NCBI GenBank assembly: GCA_003056205.1
Contig: LSNS01000004.1
Span: 188,630-252,629, forward strand
Direction: 5' to 3'
Length of the DNA stretch: 64,000 nucleotides
Origin: Parcubacteria group bacterium M6-OD1-4
GTDB taxonomy: Bacteria; Patescibacteriota; Patescibacteriia; Patescibacteriales; UBA12465
Below the pieces are notes generated by a model, which saw only the letters and a program-made list of their open reading frames with translations, did no database searches and had not been told where the DNA came from. Numbering within the stretch: the first letter of the stretch is position 1; each line of letters starts with the position of its first letter. The position numbers and the translations under genes are program-made. Below are positions 34,611 through 43,995 of the stretch, piece after piece.

Positions 34611-35378
34611 CTAATAGATTAATGATAAATACCAAACAATTATCTGCCCGCCCCAGATTAAAGTAACCAAGGCTCCCAAGCTCAAAAACGGACCGAGGGC
34701 AATTTTGGATTTTAATTTCTTTTTCTGAACAGCCATTAAGACTAAACCAATTAGAGCCCCAACAGCATAGGCAATTAGGATAATTAACAATAAATTGGCA
34801 ATTGCTGGAAAAGCAATCCCTAAAAAAGCACCTAAATAAATATCGCCCTCACCAATCCCTTTCTTTTTTGTCAGTAAATATTGAATTAAGAAAAATCCTG
34901 CACTAATTATAGCAAATAATACTAAACTTATCCAAGAAATACCCAATATTAAATTCAGTATAAAAATAACAACCGCCAATGGCCAGAGAAAATTTATCGG
35001 AATTAATTGCCAACGGTAATCATAAACAAAAACCACAATTAGAGTAATAGCAATCAAAATATCACGTAAAAACAAATAAACAAAATTAGCGCTACTGCTA
35101 TCTAAACGCCAAATTAATAAGAAAATTAGACTAGTGGCAATTTCCACTAGAGGATATTGCCAAGAAATTTTTTGTTGACAATGCCGACAACGTCCTCTCA
35201 AGAATAAAAAACTCAAAACAGGAATATTATCATACCAGGCAATAGTTTTTCTACATTTTGGACAATAGGATCGACCACCAATAGTTTCATTCTGATATAA
35301 ACGCCAAATTAAACAATTTAGAAAACTACCAATAATTAAGCCCAAAATAATTACTAGTCCTTCATAATAGATAAACAT
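34611..35378 (-). CDS. pilD: Prepilin peptidase (A24 family, PilD-like)
   Basis: N-terminal Cys motifs (CPKCRKTIAWYDNIPVLSFLFLRGRCRHCQ) and a polytopic body with the aspartyl-protease context GIGEGDIYLGAFLG. Confidence 0.85.
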   Translation of the reverse strand: MFIYYEGLVIILGLIIGSFLNCLIWRLYQNETIGGRSYCPKCRKTIAWYDNIPVLSFLFLRGRCRHCQQKISWQYPLVEIATSLIFLLIWRLDSSSANFVYLFLRDILIAITLIVVFVYDYRWQLIPINFLWPLAVVIFILNLILGISWISLVLFAIISAGFFLIQYLLTKKKGIGEGDIYLGAFLGIAFPAIANLLLIILIAYAVGALIGLVLMAVQKKKLKSKIALGPFLSLGALVTLIWGGQIIVWYLSLIY

Positions 35379-35393
35379 AAAAATTTAAAATAA

Positions 35394-37793
35394 TTATTTA
35401 ATTAATTCTTTCTGAAAATTTAATAACTCGATATTATTAGGAGCAAGTTGGCGAGCTTGCTGAATATAAGTTAGCGCTAAATCTTGCTGATTGTTAGCTT
35501 TAAATAACAGTGCTAAAGCAAAATCCCAATGATAATCTTCAGGATGGCGAGTCCGCCCATGTTGAATATATTTTATAGTGGAACCAAAATCACCAACTTG
35601 ATAATAAGTATTAGCAATGTTTTTTAGTAAAGAAAAATCACTTAAATTATAGCGGTAAGCTAATTTATAATATTTTCTTGCTAACAAATAGTTCCCTTGA
35701 CGTTCATAAATCTGAGCAATTTTTTTAGTAATAAAATAATGATACTGAGCGATATTATGACGATGTTCCGAATTAAGATAAATATTATTAACAGCCGGCA
35801 AATTAGAACTGGCTAAATAATAGTTGAATAAAGCGGCCTTAAAATTTTTCTGGAGCGCCGACGCTTTTCCAGCTTCTAAATAAGTAATCGGCCAAAAAGG
35901 ACTTGCGGTACTAATTTGCGATAAATAAACTTTGGCTTGTGAAAAATTATCTGTCAATAAACTAATTTTAGCTTTTAAAAGAAGATTTTGATAGCCTGAG
36001 ACCGGTAAAGAATCAGATATTTCTTGTAGACGATAATAAAAAAGTTTTTTAATAGCTGGATTTGTAATTTGCGGTAAACGATTAATTATTCTCGTACCCA
36101 ATAATAAATTATAGGAACTCAAATAAACTGGGTTGGGTCTTTCGGCAGACATTTCATTATCCAGTACTAAGGCCTGAAGATAGTGACCTTGATTTAATTC
36201 TTGATAAGAAGCGCTAAAATAATAATCAGCCAATAAGGAATGTTGAATAAAATTAATTTGTCTCGAGATTAATAAAAAAATAATTAAACTAAAAATAATT
36301 TTAAGAAATATTTTTAATTGCGGACGACCAATATGATGTTGATGGAGATGCTTAACAGAAACTATTTTACTAATCCCCAAACTTAATTTTTCACCACTAT
36401 GAGAGAAGTGAATAACGACCAAAAGGGCAAAAAATAACCAAAGATAAACTTCACTACTAATCGTCGAAAAACTAAATAATAAAGAAAACAAATAACCCGC
36501 TAGACCCAAGCCTAAAGCTAAATTTAGAAATTCAAATTCTCGCCGACGAAAATTATCTCGCCATAAATCAAAAAAGAAATAATATAATAAAATATACAAA
36601 ATAAGACCAAAGGCTCCAGTGCTTAATAAAATATCAAGAATTAAATTATGAGCACGATTGGGATTTTGTCCAACATTGCCATAAATTGCCCAATTGGGAA
36701 GATAATATTTAATAAAAACATTGCCAGCATTTTCCAAACCATAGCCCTGTAAAGGCCGTTGAGTGATAGCGAGGCTAGCGGCTTGATAAATATTTAAACG
36801 GGCACGAACTGAGCCTTGTTTAAAATTAACCAAATTTTGGAGACGACCCGCAGAATAATAATTAAATGTTCCTAATAAAGCTCCAACAAAAAAAACAAAA
36901 CCAATAATAATAAATAACTTTCTAAGTTTTGACCACGGAGTACGATATAATAAATAAATTGAAAATAAAAAAATAATAAAAATTAAAGAGAGAATTCCAC
37001 CCCGACTATTCGTGAGGAATAGAGCTAATAACTGTATACCACCAGCTAAAAAATAAAAAAACTTACCGAGAAAATAAGGAGTACGATATAATAAATAAAC
37101 AGTAATTGGCCAAACCAATAATAACCAAGAGGCTAAAAAATCTGGTTGTCCAAAGGTAGAAAAAATACGATGAGTTAACCACGGAGCTTCTTGCCAAACT
37201 ACAAAATCAATATTCAAAATCTGCAAGACGCCATAAAGTGAAACTAAAGTAGCCGAGAAAACTAGAATAATTAATAGATGCTGAAGGTTGTTACGAAGAG
37301 GACGAGAAAAAGAATTGGAAGATAATTTTTTAGAATTAATAAAAGAAGCTTGATTATGAACAGTCAATAAATTAAAACTCAAGAGAATAAACCAAAGAAA
37401 ATAATAAAGATAACTCAATAGCCCAGCCTGACGACTAAGAGATCCATAAAAACTTAAAGCTGGATTTAAAGAACCGAGCAAGCTCAAACTTAAACCGAAA
37501 ATAAAAATACTCGGTACTAACCAGTATTTTTTAAAGAATCTACTAGCTTTTAAAGTAGCGCTTACTTGATAAAAAATTACTTTGATGACTGTTAGTAATA
37601 ATAATATTAAGGTTAAGATTTTAAAAACTACCAATTTATTAAATTCAAAAATATAATAACTAGGCAACCAATAAGCGATCCAGAGCGGAATTAAAAAAAT
37701 TACCATTAAATAAGTAAATTCAATTAACAAATCCAGAATATTTCGGAATGATATTTTTCTAAAATTATCGAACATCAAAGAATAAATTTTCAT
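35394..37793 (-). CDS. O-antigen ligase/polymerase-like (Wzy_C) polytopic membrane protein with C-terminal TPR repeats
   Basis: 799 aa with about 12 TM helices, including the LTNSRGGILSL and RAHNLILDILLSTGAFGL motifs typical of the O-antigen ligase family. The C-terminal ~300 aa are TPR-like repeats. Confidence 0.65.
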   Translation of the reverse strand: MKIYSLMFDNFRKISFRNILDLLIEFTYLMVIFLIPLWIAYWLPSYYIFEFNKLVVFKILTLILLLLTVIKVIFYQVSATLKASRFFKKYWLVPSIFIFGLSLSLLGSLNPALSFYGSLSRQAGLLSYLYYFLWFILLSFNLLTVHNQASFINSKKLSSNSFSRPLRNNLQHLLIILVFSATLVSLYGVLQILNIDFVVWQEAPWLTHRIFSTFGQPDFLASWLLLVWPITVYLLYRTPYFLGKFFYFLAGGIQLLALFLTNSRGGILSLIFIIFLFSIYLLYRTPWSKLRKLFIIIGFVFFVGALLGTFNYYSAGRLQNLVNFKQGSVRARLNIYQAASLAITQRPLQGYGLENAGNVFIKYYLPNWAIYGNVGQNPNRAHNLILDILLSTGAFGLILYILLYYFFFDLWRDNFRRREFEFLNLALGLGLAGYLFSLLFSFSTISSEVYLWLFFALLVVIHFSHSGEKLSLGISKIVSVKHLHQHHIGRPQLKIFLKIIFSLIIFLLISRQINFIQHSLLADYYFSASYQELNQGHYLQALVLDNEMSAERPNPVYLSSYNLLLGTRIINRLPQITNPAIKKLFYYRLQEISDSLPVSGYQNLLLKAKISLLTDNFSQAKVYLSQISTASPFWPITYLEAGKASALQKNFKAALFNYYLASSNLPAVNNIYLNSEHRHNIAQYHYFITKKIAQIYERQGNYLLARKYYKLAYRYNLSDFSLLKNIANTYYQVGDFGSTIKYIQHGRTRHPEDYHWDFALALLFKANNQQDLALTYIQQARQLAPNNIELLNFQKELIK

Positions 37794-37889
37794 AATCTAA
37801 TTATATCAAACAAAGATTAAACAAAAAAGAGTTTATCTATAATAAACTCTTTTTAATTTTAAAAATTTTTATTTCTTCCTTCAACAATC

Positions 37890-38804
37890 TTATTCCGCTT
37901 TCCGCCGAGTTAAATTATCCCAAATCACTAAAACCGGACTAGCAATAAAGATAGAGCTATAAGTACCAACAAAGATTCCCACAATTAAGGCCAGAGCGAA
38001 ATCCTTAATAGTGCTTCCTCCGAAGAAAAGAACAGCTAATAAAGCTAAAATTGCTGAAAACGAAGTATTAATTGAACGAGTAATAGTTTGGTTAACGCTC
38101 CGATTGACAGTATTTTCAAAATCTTCCTGACTCTTTGGTAAATTTTCTCTAATTCGATCAAAAACAATAATCGTATCACTAACACTATAACCGAGGACGG
38201 TAAGAATGGCAGCAATAAATGGCGTATTTATTTCAATACCATAGAAATGTCCCAAGACGGCAAAGACTCCCAGAGTAAAGATAACATCATGAATTAAAGC
38301 AATAATAGCGGCCACTCCATACTTCCAAGAAGAAACTGGCTTAGAAACCCGCCGAAAAGCAAAAGAAATGAAGAGGATAATCATGATAAAAGCAATCGCC
38401 ACGGCATTAAAAGATTTACTTTTTAATTCTTGACCAATTGAGGGACCAACCGAATCAAATTGCAATTGCTTAAAGGTCGCTCCTTGATGACCAACTGTTA
38501 AGCTACTTAATTTACCAAGAACAGCTTGATGAACAGCTTCAGTATTTTCTTGAAAACGTAAAATAATAGAATGTTTATTCGTCGGTTGAACCACTAAACT
38601 GTGTAAATGCACTCCTTGCAAACTACTTTCAATAGCAGTAATACTTGGTTGATATTTAGTGAATTGAACTTCCAACAAACTTCCACCAGTAAAATCAATA
38701 CCAAAATTTAAACCCCAAAAAATTAAAGCCAAAATCGAAGCAACAATTGCTAAGCTGGAGAGCGTCATAAATATTTTTCGAGATTGAATTATCCGATAAG
38801 TCAT
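37890..38804 (-). CDS. secF: Protein translocase subunit SecF
   Basis: GIDFTGGSLLEV, six TM helices and DTIIVFDRIREN. Confidence 0.92.
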   Translation of the reverse strand: MTYRIIQSRKIFMTLSSLAIVASILALIFWGLNFGIDFTGGSLLEVQFTKYQPSITAIESSLQGVHLHSLVVQPTNKHSIILRFQENTEAVHQAVLGKLSSLTVGHQGATFKQLQFDSVGPSIGQELKSKSFNAVAIAFIMIILFISFAFRRVSKPVSSWKYGVAAIIALIHDVIFTLGVFAVLGHFYGIEINTPFIAAILTVLGYSVSDTIIVFDRIRENLPKSQEDFENTVNRSVNQTITRSINTSFSAILALLAVLFFGGSTIKDFALALIVGIFVGTYSSIFIASPVLVIWDNLTRRKAE

Positions 38805-38840
38805 ATAATTAAATTAGCAAATTAAAAATAAAATTTTAGA

Positions 38841-40520
38841 TTATTCAGCAATTTTACTGCGACGAACGCCTAATAGCCAAGTTCTCTTTTCTAACCAATC
38901 TCCGAGAATAACTACAAACAAGGTATGGGTAACAACAATGGCACTAAAGAGTGAAACGGAGATTCCAATAAATAGAGTCGTTCCAAAACCTTTCACTGTT
39001 GAAGTCCCAAAGAACATTAAGATCAAACAAGTAATTAAAGTGGAAAGGTTTCCATCGCGAATTGATGGCCAAGCTCGTTTAAAACCGTCGTTAACAGCTT
39101 GAGTTACCGATTTACCAGCTTTAAGTTCTTCCCGAGTTCGAGAAAAAATTAAAATATTAGCATCAACTGCCATTCCAATAGAAAGAATAAATCCAGCGAT
39201 ACCTGATAAAGATAGCGTTACTGGTTTGAGAGCATAGAAGAATAATATAAAACCAATCGCAATAAACAAAGCGGCCAAAGAACCATTAAAAATCTTTAGC
39301 TCATTGAAAGTATAGAAAATTAGACCAATCATAATGACCACTAAAATCAGGGCTAACCAAATAGGAATGGATTTGAAAATAGCTAGAACAGTTAGACCAT
39401 AAACTAAGAGAGATAAAACAGAAAGAAATCCTGGAAGACGATAATAGAGAATCATAAACAAAGAAACTAAAAGTAAACCAATTAAACCGGCACGCAGACT
39501 ATTATCAATTGATTTGGAACCTAAGCTAGCACCAATAGTTTTTTGGGAAATTAAAGTAATTGGGACTGGCAATGCTCCAGAATTTAATCGTGAAACTAAA
39601 GACTTCGCCTCTTTAATATTAAAATGTCCAGAAATAACAGCTTGTCCACCAGTAATTTCTTCATTAACTGTCGGAGCACTAATTACTCGACCATCTAAGA
39701 AAATGGCTACTGGCTTACCAACGTTCCGCGCGGTAATTTTAGCAAACAATTTAGCACCAGCCGAATCAAAGTTTAAAGCTACTTCCGGCGAACCATCTCG
39801 TTGATTAAATTGAATTGAGGCTCGTTGTAAATATTTCCCAGTCAGCTCGGTATTTTTCCAAGCAATGGTTTGTGGATTATTAGCAGTTGCCGGAAGAGAA
39901 GATGAGGAAAATGTCCCGGGCTGTACGGCCACTGAACCCGCCAAAGACTTAACTGTCTTTAAAGAATTACTTGCTGAAGAACTAGTTGAATTATTAGAAA
40001 CGGGAACGACGGATAATTTAACTTTTGGTGTTGTTGCTGATAATTTTCGACTAGCTTCTTCCTTAAATTGTAAAACTGGTGTTTCGCCAATAACTTTAAT
40101 TGCTTGTCGAACATCTTTAATGCCTGCTAACTCAGCGATGACTTGATAATTACCCTGAACATCACGATTAACAGTAACAACGGGCTCACTAACTCCAAAA
40201 GTATTCACTCGACGTTCAATAATATCTCTTGCTGAACTCAAGGCACTAGCCCTTTCTCCAGCCGGAATATTCTTCACATTAGCTTGATAAACCAAATAAG
40301 AACCTCCCTGTAAATCCAAGCCGAGATGAAAAGGAATTGGTTTTACCATTGGTAGAATAACGATATCATTAGTTTTCCGAGCCAATTCTTTCACCGAATT
40401 ATTATAAGAACTTCCGCCAACAATTAAACCGATAGTAATGACGAAGAGGACAATCAAACCGAGAATCCACCAAGATTTAGCGCGCAGTGGTAACTTAGAA
40501 AATTTTTGAATTAATGACAT
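38841..40520 (-). CDS. secD: Protein translocase subunit SecD
   Basis: LGLDLQGGSYLVY, a large periplasmic domain and a C-terminal six-TM bundle with DANILIFSRTREE. The start is set at MSLIQKF (ATG 40520); the track ORF extends to 40586. Confidence 0.92.
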   Translation of the reverse strand: MSLIQKFSKLPLRAKSWWILGLIVLFVITIGLIVGGSSYNNSVKELARKTNDIVILPMVKPIPFHLGLDLQGGSYLVYQANVKNIPAGERASALSSARDIIERRVNTFGVSEPVVTVNRDVQGNYQVIAELAGIKDVRQAIKVIGETPVLQFKEEASRKLSATTPKVKLSVVPVSNNSTSSSASNSLKTVKSLAGSVAVQPGTFSSSSLPATANNPQTIAWKNTELTGKYLQRASIQFNQRDGSPEVALNFDSAGAKLFAKITARNVGKPVAIFLDGRVISAPTVNEEITGGQAVISGHFNIKEAKSLVSRLNSGALPVPITLISQKTIGASLGSKSIDNSLRAGLIGLLLVSLFMILYYRLPGFLSVLSLLVYGLTVLAIFKSIPIWLALILVVIMIGLIFYTFNELKIFNGSLAALFIAIGFILFFYALKPVTLSLSGIAGFILSIGMAVDANILIFSRTREELKAGKSVTQAVNDGFKRAWPSIRDGNLSTLITCLILMFFGTSTVKGFGTTLFIGISVSLFSAIVVTHTLFVVILGDWLEKRTWLLGVRRSKIAE

Positions 40521-40605
40521 AATGTTAAGAAATTGACTATTTTTAAAATTTAGTTTTATCTTAGAATAAATAAGAATAAAAATCAAGGGTTCATTGCCGT
40601 CCTAC

Positions 40606-40634
40606 TTTACAAGCTGACAGATTTTACTTATAAT
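40606..40634 (+). promoter_or_regulatory. Candidate sigma70-type promoter of clpP
   Basis: TTTACA(40606-40611)-17 nt-TATAAT(40629-40634), located 42 nt upstream of the clpP ATG. Confidence 0.45.
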
Positions 40635-40676
40635 AATAACCTAGAAAGTAAAAATAAATATTAATAATAAATAATT

Positions 40677-41258
40677 ATGCCCTTAATTCCAACCGTTATC
40701 GAAAAAGATGGCCAAGTCGAACGAGCTTATGATATTTATTCTCGTTTACTGCGTGACCGAATTATTTTCTTAGGAGAGGCGATTGATAATCACGTCGCTA
40801 ATATTATCATCGCCCAATTCCTATTTCTGGACGCTGAAAATAAGGATCAAGATATTAAATTCTATATTAATTCCCCGGGAGGATCAGTTAGTGCTGGTTT
40901 AGCAATTTATGATACGATGCAATTTATTAAATCAGACGTTTCCACAATTTGTATTGGCTCCGCAGCTTCTATGGCCTCAGTCCTCTTAGCCGCTGGAAAA
41001 CATGGCAAAAGATTTGCTCTCCCCAATAGTGAAGTAATGATTCATCAGATTATGGGTGGAACTGAAGGACAAGCTTCAGATATTAAAATACATGCTGAAC
41101 ATATTCTGAAATTGAAGAACAAAATGAATAAAATTCTCGCCACTCATACTGGACAAAAAATTAACACTATTGAACATGACAGTGATCGCGATAATTTTAT
41201 GAGTGCTGAAGAATCTCTAAAATATGGTATTGTTGATAAAATAATTGGTAAAAAATAA
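40677..41258 (+). CDS. clpP: ATP-dependent Clp protease proteolytic subunit ClpP
   Basis: [16 protein letters not shown], the catalytic Ser context GSAASMAS and the His context MIHQ. Confidence 0.96.
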   Translation: MPLIPTVIEKDGQVERAYDIYSRLLRDRIIFLGEAIDNHVANIIIAQFLFLDAENKDQDIKFYINSPGGSVSAGLAIYDTMQFIKSDVSTICIGSAASMASVLLAAGKHGKRFALPNSEVMIHQIMGGTEGQASDIKIHAEHILKLKNKMNKILATHTGQKINTIEHDSDRDNFMSAEESLKYGIVDKIIGKK

Positions 41259-41291
41259 ATCTCTTAAAATAATTAACCAAGGAGTAATAAA

Positions 41292-41318
41292 AAATTCCCA
41301 GTACTAGGGAATTTTTTT
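41292..41318. terminator. Bidirectional Rho-independent terminator (clpP / convergent surface-protein operon)
   Basis: An 8-bp stem aaattccc/gggaattt with a 7-nt loop. It is flanked by an A-run upstream and a T-run downstream. Confidence 0.7.
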
Positions 41319-41364
41319 AATTGCTTTTAAAATTTAATATTATTGATGTCCAGATTCTCAATAA

Positions 41365-42432
41365 TTATTTAATAATTAAAGAATTAATCATTAACTGAAA
41401 AATATGGGGATAAACTAATCGTCCAGCAACGGCAGGAATATAAGAAATAACAAAAATTTGTGTACGTTTTTTGTTAGTTAAATAAAAATTAAGATTGTTT
41501 TGCCCCATAATTCCTGACCAGCCAGCAGTTTTCTTAAGGCTATTCTGAGAAATCTTTAAATTTGGAAATAAAGCTTGATACCAATTTGAAATACTAACCT
41601 CGCGAGAATTAGCTTGAACCGAAACTTGAATTAAAGAACCATCGGGAGCAGTAAAAATAATACTCGCACCATTATTAATTGATTGTTGAGGCCAAGTCTG
41701 GGGATAGAGTAATTGATAATCAAAAGCCTGATTATGATAAGTACTTAAATTAGGATCGGCGTTTAAGCGCCCAGTGCCAATAGGATTATAATTATTTTCT
41801 ACTTCGGTTAAATCTGGATAACCATTATGATTGGTGTCAGAAGAGGTCGCTGAAGTTCCTAATACTAATTCTTCTAAATTATTTAAACCGTCATGATCAG
41901 AGTCTAGCAAGGGTGGTAATTTATTAGTGGTGGGTGAAGATGTTCCAACTGAAGTTTTAGTTATCGGAACATTAACAACTGTCGTCTTCACCACTTTCTT
42001 ATTAATTAATGATTTAATAGAGTTTTGATTAGTATTTGTAGCTAAAGATGAGCCAGTGCTATGAGCCAAACTTGAAGAAGCAGACACTGTGATCTGCGAG
42101 CTTGGATTATTAACAATTTTAACCGCCGCCGATTTATGAATTAACTTCTGTCGGACCGTTGATTTCACGATAAATAAATAAAAAAATACAACTAATCCAA
42201 TAATAAATATTAAACCCCCAATAATAATAATGATACCCATAGTTTTGGACTTTTTCTGAGAATCGCTAGAAGCCTTACTGGTCTTAAAGCCAACGGTAAT
42301 GGATCTATTTTTCTGATGCAGAGAAGCCCCTCTTAAACGGTCTGAACTCGGCATATTGTGTACCAGTAGATCATGGTTAAGCTGTGTATCCAACTCCGGA
42401 TTCTGCTTTGTTTCGGGTTTTTTATTAAACAT
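41365..42432 (-). CDS. Membrane-anchored exported protein with an S/T-rich linker, a thrombospondin-type-3-like Ca-binding motif and a C-terminal globular domain
   Basis: 355 aa with a cytoplasmic N-terminus, one TM helix (GIIIIIGGLIFIIGLVVFFYLFIV) and an S/T-rich spacer. DSDHDGLNNLEE and YNPIGTGRL follow, then an ~130-aa C-terminal domain. Confidence 0.6.
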   Translation of the reverse strand: MFNKKPETKQNPELDTQLNHDLLVHNMPSSDRLRGASLHQKNRSITVGFKTSKASSDSQKKSKTMGIIIIIGGLIFIIGLVVFFYLFIVKSTVRQKLIHKSAAVKIVNNPSSQITVSASSSLAHSTGSSLATNTNQNSIKSLINKKVVKTTVVNVPITKTSVGTSSPTTNKLPPLLDSDHDGLNNLEELVLGTSATSSDTNHNGYPDLTEVENNYNPIGTGRLNADPNLSTYHNQAFDYQLLYPQTWPQQSINNGASIIFTAPDGSLIQVSVQANSREVSISNWYQALFPNLKISQNSLKKTAGWSGIMGQNNLNFYLTNKKRTQIFVISYIPAVAGRLVYPHIFQLMINSLIIK

Positions 42433-42457
42433 ATAAATAGTTCAAGATAAAATAGTT

Positions 42458-42655
42458 TTAACGCCAAAAAATAATAATAGCGACCAGAACCATTAAACCA
42501 AAGATGAAGAAGGCTAAAAACAGCCATTTTTTAAAATGACTATCAGCACTTTGAGGCATCGTGTGAAGGCTAAGAGATAAACGAGGAAAAATTTTAGAAC
42601 TAATTTTTCGTGATTTAAGAATTCTCTTATTGTTAGAGTTATTATCACTGAGCAT
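42458..42655 (-). CDS. Small single-pass membrane protein (hypothetical)
   Basis: 65 aa with a basic N-terminus and a C-terminal TM helix (WLFLAFFIFGLMVLVAIIIFW). It fits the operon spacing, but there is no homology support. Confidence 0.35.
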   Translation of the reverse strand: MLSDNNSNNKRILKSRKISSKIFPRLSLSLHTMPQSADSHFKKWLFLAFFIFGLMVLVAIIIFWR

Positions 42656-42681
42656 AAAATAGCTTATTTACTAAAGATAAT

Positions 42682-43530
42682 TTATTTCAGGGGTAAATTA
42701 TTAGTACTTAACTTGCCAGCACCAAGGGGATTATAGCCCGCTTTAACTTCCTGTCCATCGGAAAAACCATCAGCATCAGTATCGGGATTAAGAGGATCAG
42801 TATGGTAAATCTTAATTTCTTCATAATCACTAAGATGATCGCCGTCAGTATCAACTGCTTGTGGATTAGTTCCATACATTTTCTCTTGGACATTCGTTAA
42901 ACCATCTAAATCAGAATCAACTAAAGATTCTGGTGTAGTATTAGCGGTGGAAGTAGCCAGTAGACTAGAGGTTGCTGTATTCACTCCAGGAATAAGAGGA
43001 ATCACAACTGATTTGGCATTAGAATTACTAGTAGTTGATTGCTGGTTAGCTGTTGATAATTTAGCTTGCTGGACGGTTTTCACCGAGGATGTTGTTGTTT
43101 TCTGGGTTTTCTTAATAGAAGAAGTAACAGCACTATTATTAACCACTGCCGGAGTCCTCTTCTTTAAAAACTTGTCATATAACAAATAAGCACTTAAGAG
43201 AACAATCGTCACAACAATAAAAATTAAAATAATTTTAAACCAACGGTTGCCACCATCATCTTTTTCTAATTCCTCAGTAAGATTAGCACCAGACGCTAAA
43301 CCCACTTTTTGGGCGGCAATTTCTCCAGCGCCCTTAGCGCTTGTGCTGGCGACATTATTATTAACACTCCCAACATTACCACTTTCATTAAGTTTAATAC
43401 CCTTATTTGGGAGACTAACATCTGGATTATTTGCTGGTTCAACATTCTGATCGCTCTTCGCTTGATCAGTTTCTGCAAAAATATCATCAACTGCGGCGGG
43501 TTTATTATTTTGATTTAGGTCGTTAAACAT
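42682..43530 (-). CDS. Membrane-anchored exported protein with thrombospondin-type-3-like calcium-binding repeats
   Basis: 282 aa with one TM helix and an S/T-rich linker. The C-terminus reads DSDLDGLTN...DTDGDHLSDYEEIKIYHTDPLNPDTDADGFSDGQEVKAGYNPLGAGKL. Confidence 0.65.
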   Translation of the reverse strand: MFNDLNQNNKPAAVDDIFAETDQAKSDQNVEPANNPDVSLPNKGIKLNESGNVGSVNNNVASTSAKGAGEIAAQKVGLASGANLTEELEKDDGGNRWFKIILIFIVVTIVLLSAYLLYDKFLKKRTPAVVNNSAVTSSIKKTQKTTTSSVKTVQQAKLSTANQQSTTSNSNAKSVVIPLIPGVNTATSSLLATSTANTTPESLVDSDLDGLTNVQEKMYGTNPQAVDTDGDHLSDYEEIKIYHTDPLNPDTDADGFSDGQEVKAGYNPLGAGKLSTNNLPLK

Positions 43531-43608
43531 ATTTTTTAGTAATTTATTAGTTATCTAAATTATAATCTATATTTAAAGATTTGACCAGTTAAATTAATAA
43601 TTGCTGTT

Positions 43609-43968
43609 TTATTTCTGGCTATTAGGAAAAAGAGATTTAATACCACTAGGATTGTAAATAATATCTTGTTTAGATTTAATAATCTTATAAACCATCACCG
43701 CCCCTTGAGAATCTCGTTTTAAAACCTGCGCCTTAATATTAGGAGAAATTCTCAGTTTTTTCTTTTCCGTGATAGTTAGGAAACTTGGTGGTAGTAACTG
43801 ACGTTTATGAACACTGGTAACAGCGTCTTGGGGGTTCAAGTTTTTAGATTTAAGTGATTCTAAACGTTGTCGCCAAAGAAATGCTAAACCAATAACTAAA
43901 ATAACCGTAAACAAAATAAAGCCTGAAATTATTAGTAATTTTTTATCTTTTAATTCATTCATATTCAA
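43609..43968 (-). CDS. Small N-terminally anchored protein, unknown function
   Basis: 119 aa with one N-terminal TM helix. No family was recognised. It is tightly spaced in the operon. Confidence 0.45.
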   Translation of the reverse strand: MNMNELKDKKLLIISGFILFTVILVIGLAFLWRQRLESLKSKNLNPQDAVTSVHKRQLLPPSFLTITEKKKLRISPNIKAQVLKRDSQGAVMVYKIIKSKQDIIYNPSGIKSLFPNSQK

Positions 43969-43995
43969 AATAAAAATATATGTTAAATAAACTTA

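Noticed and set aside
42333-42527. A 64-aa minus-strand ORF bridging the 355-aa gene start and the 65-aa ORF.
   Set aside because: It overlaps both better-supported neighbours in another frame and has no TM helix or motif logic.
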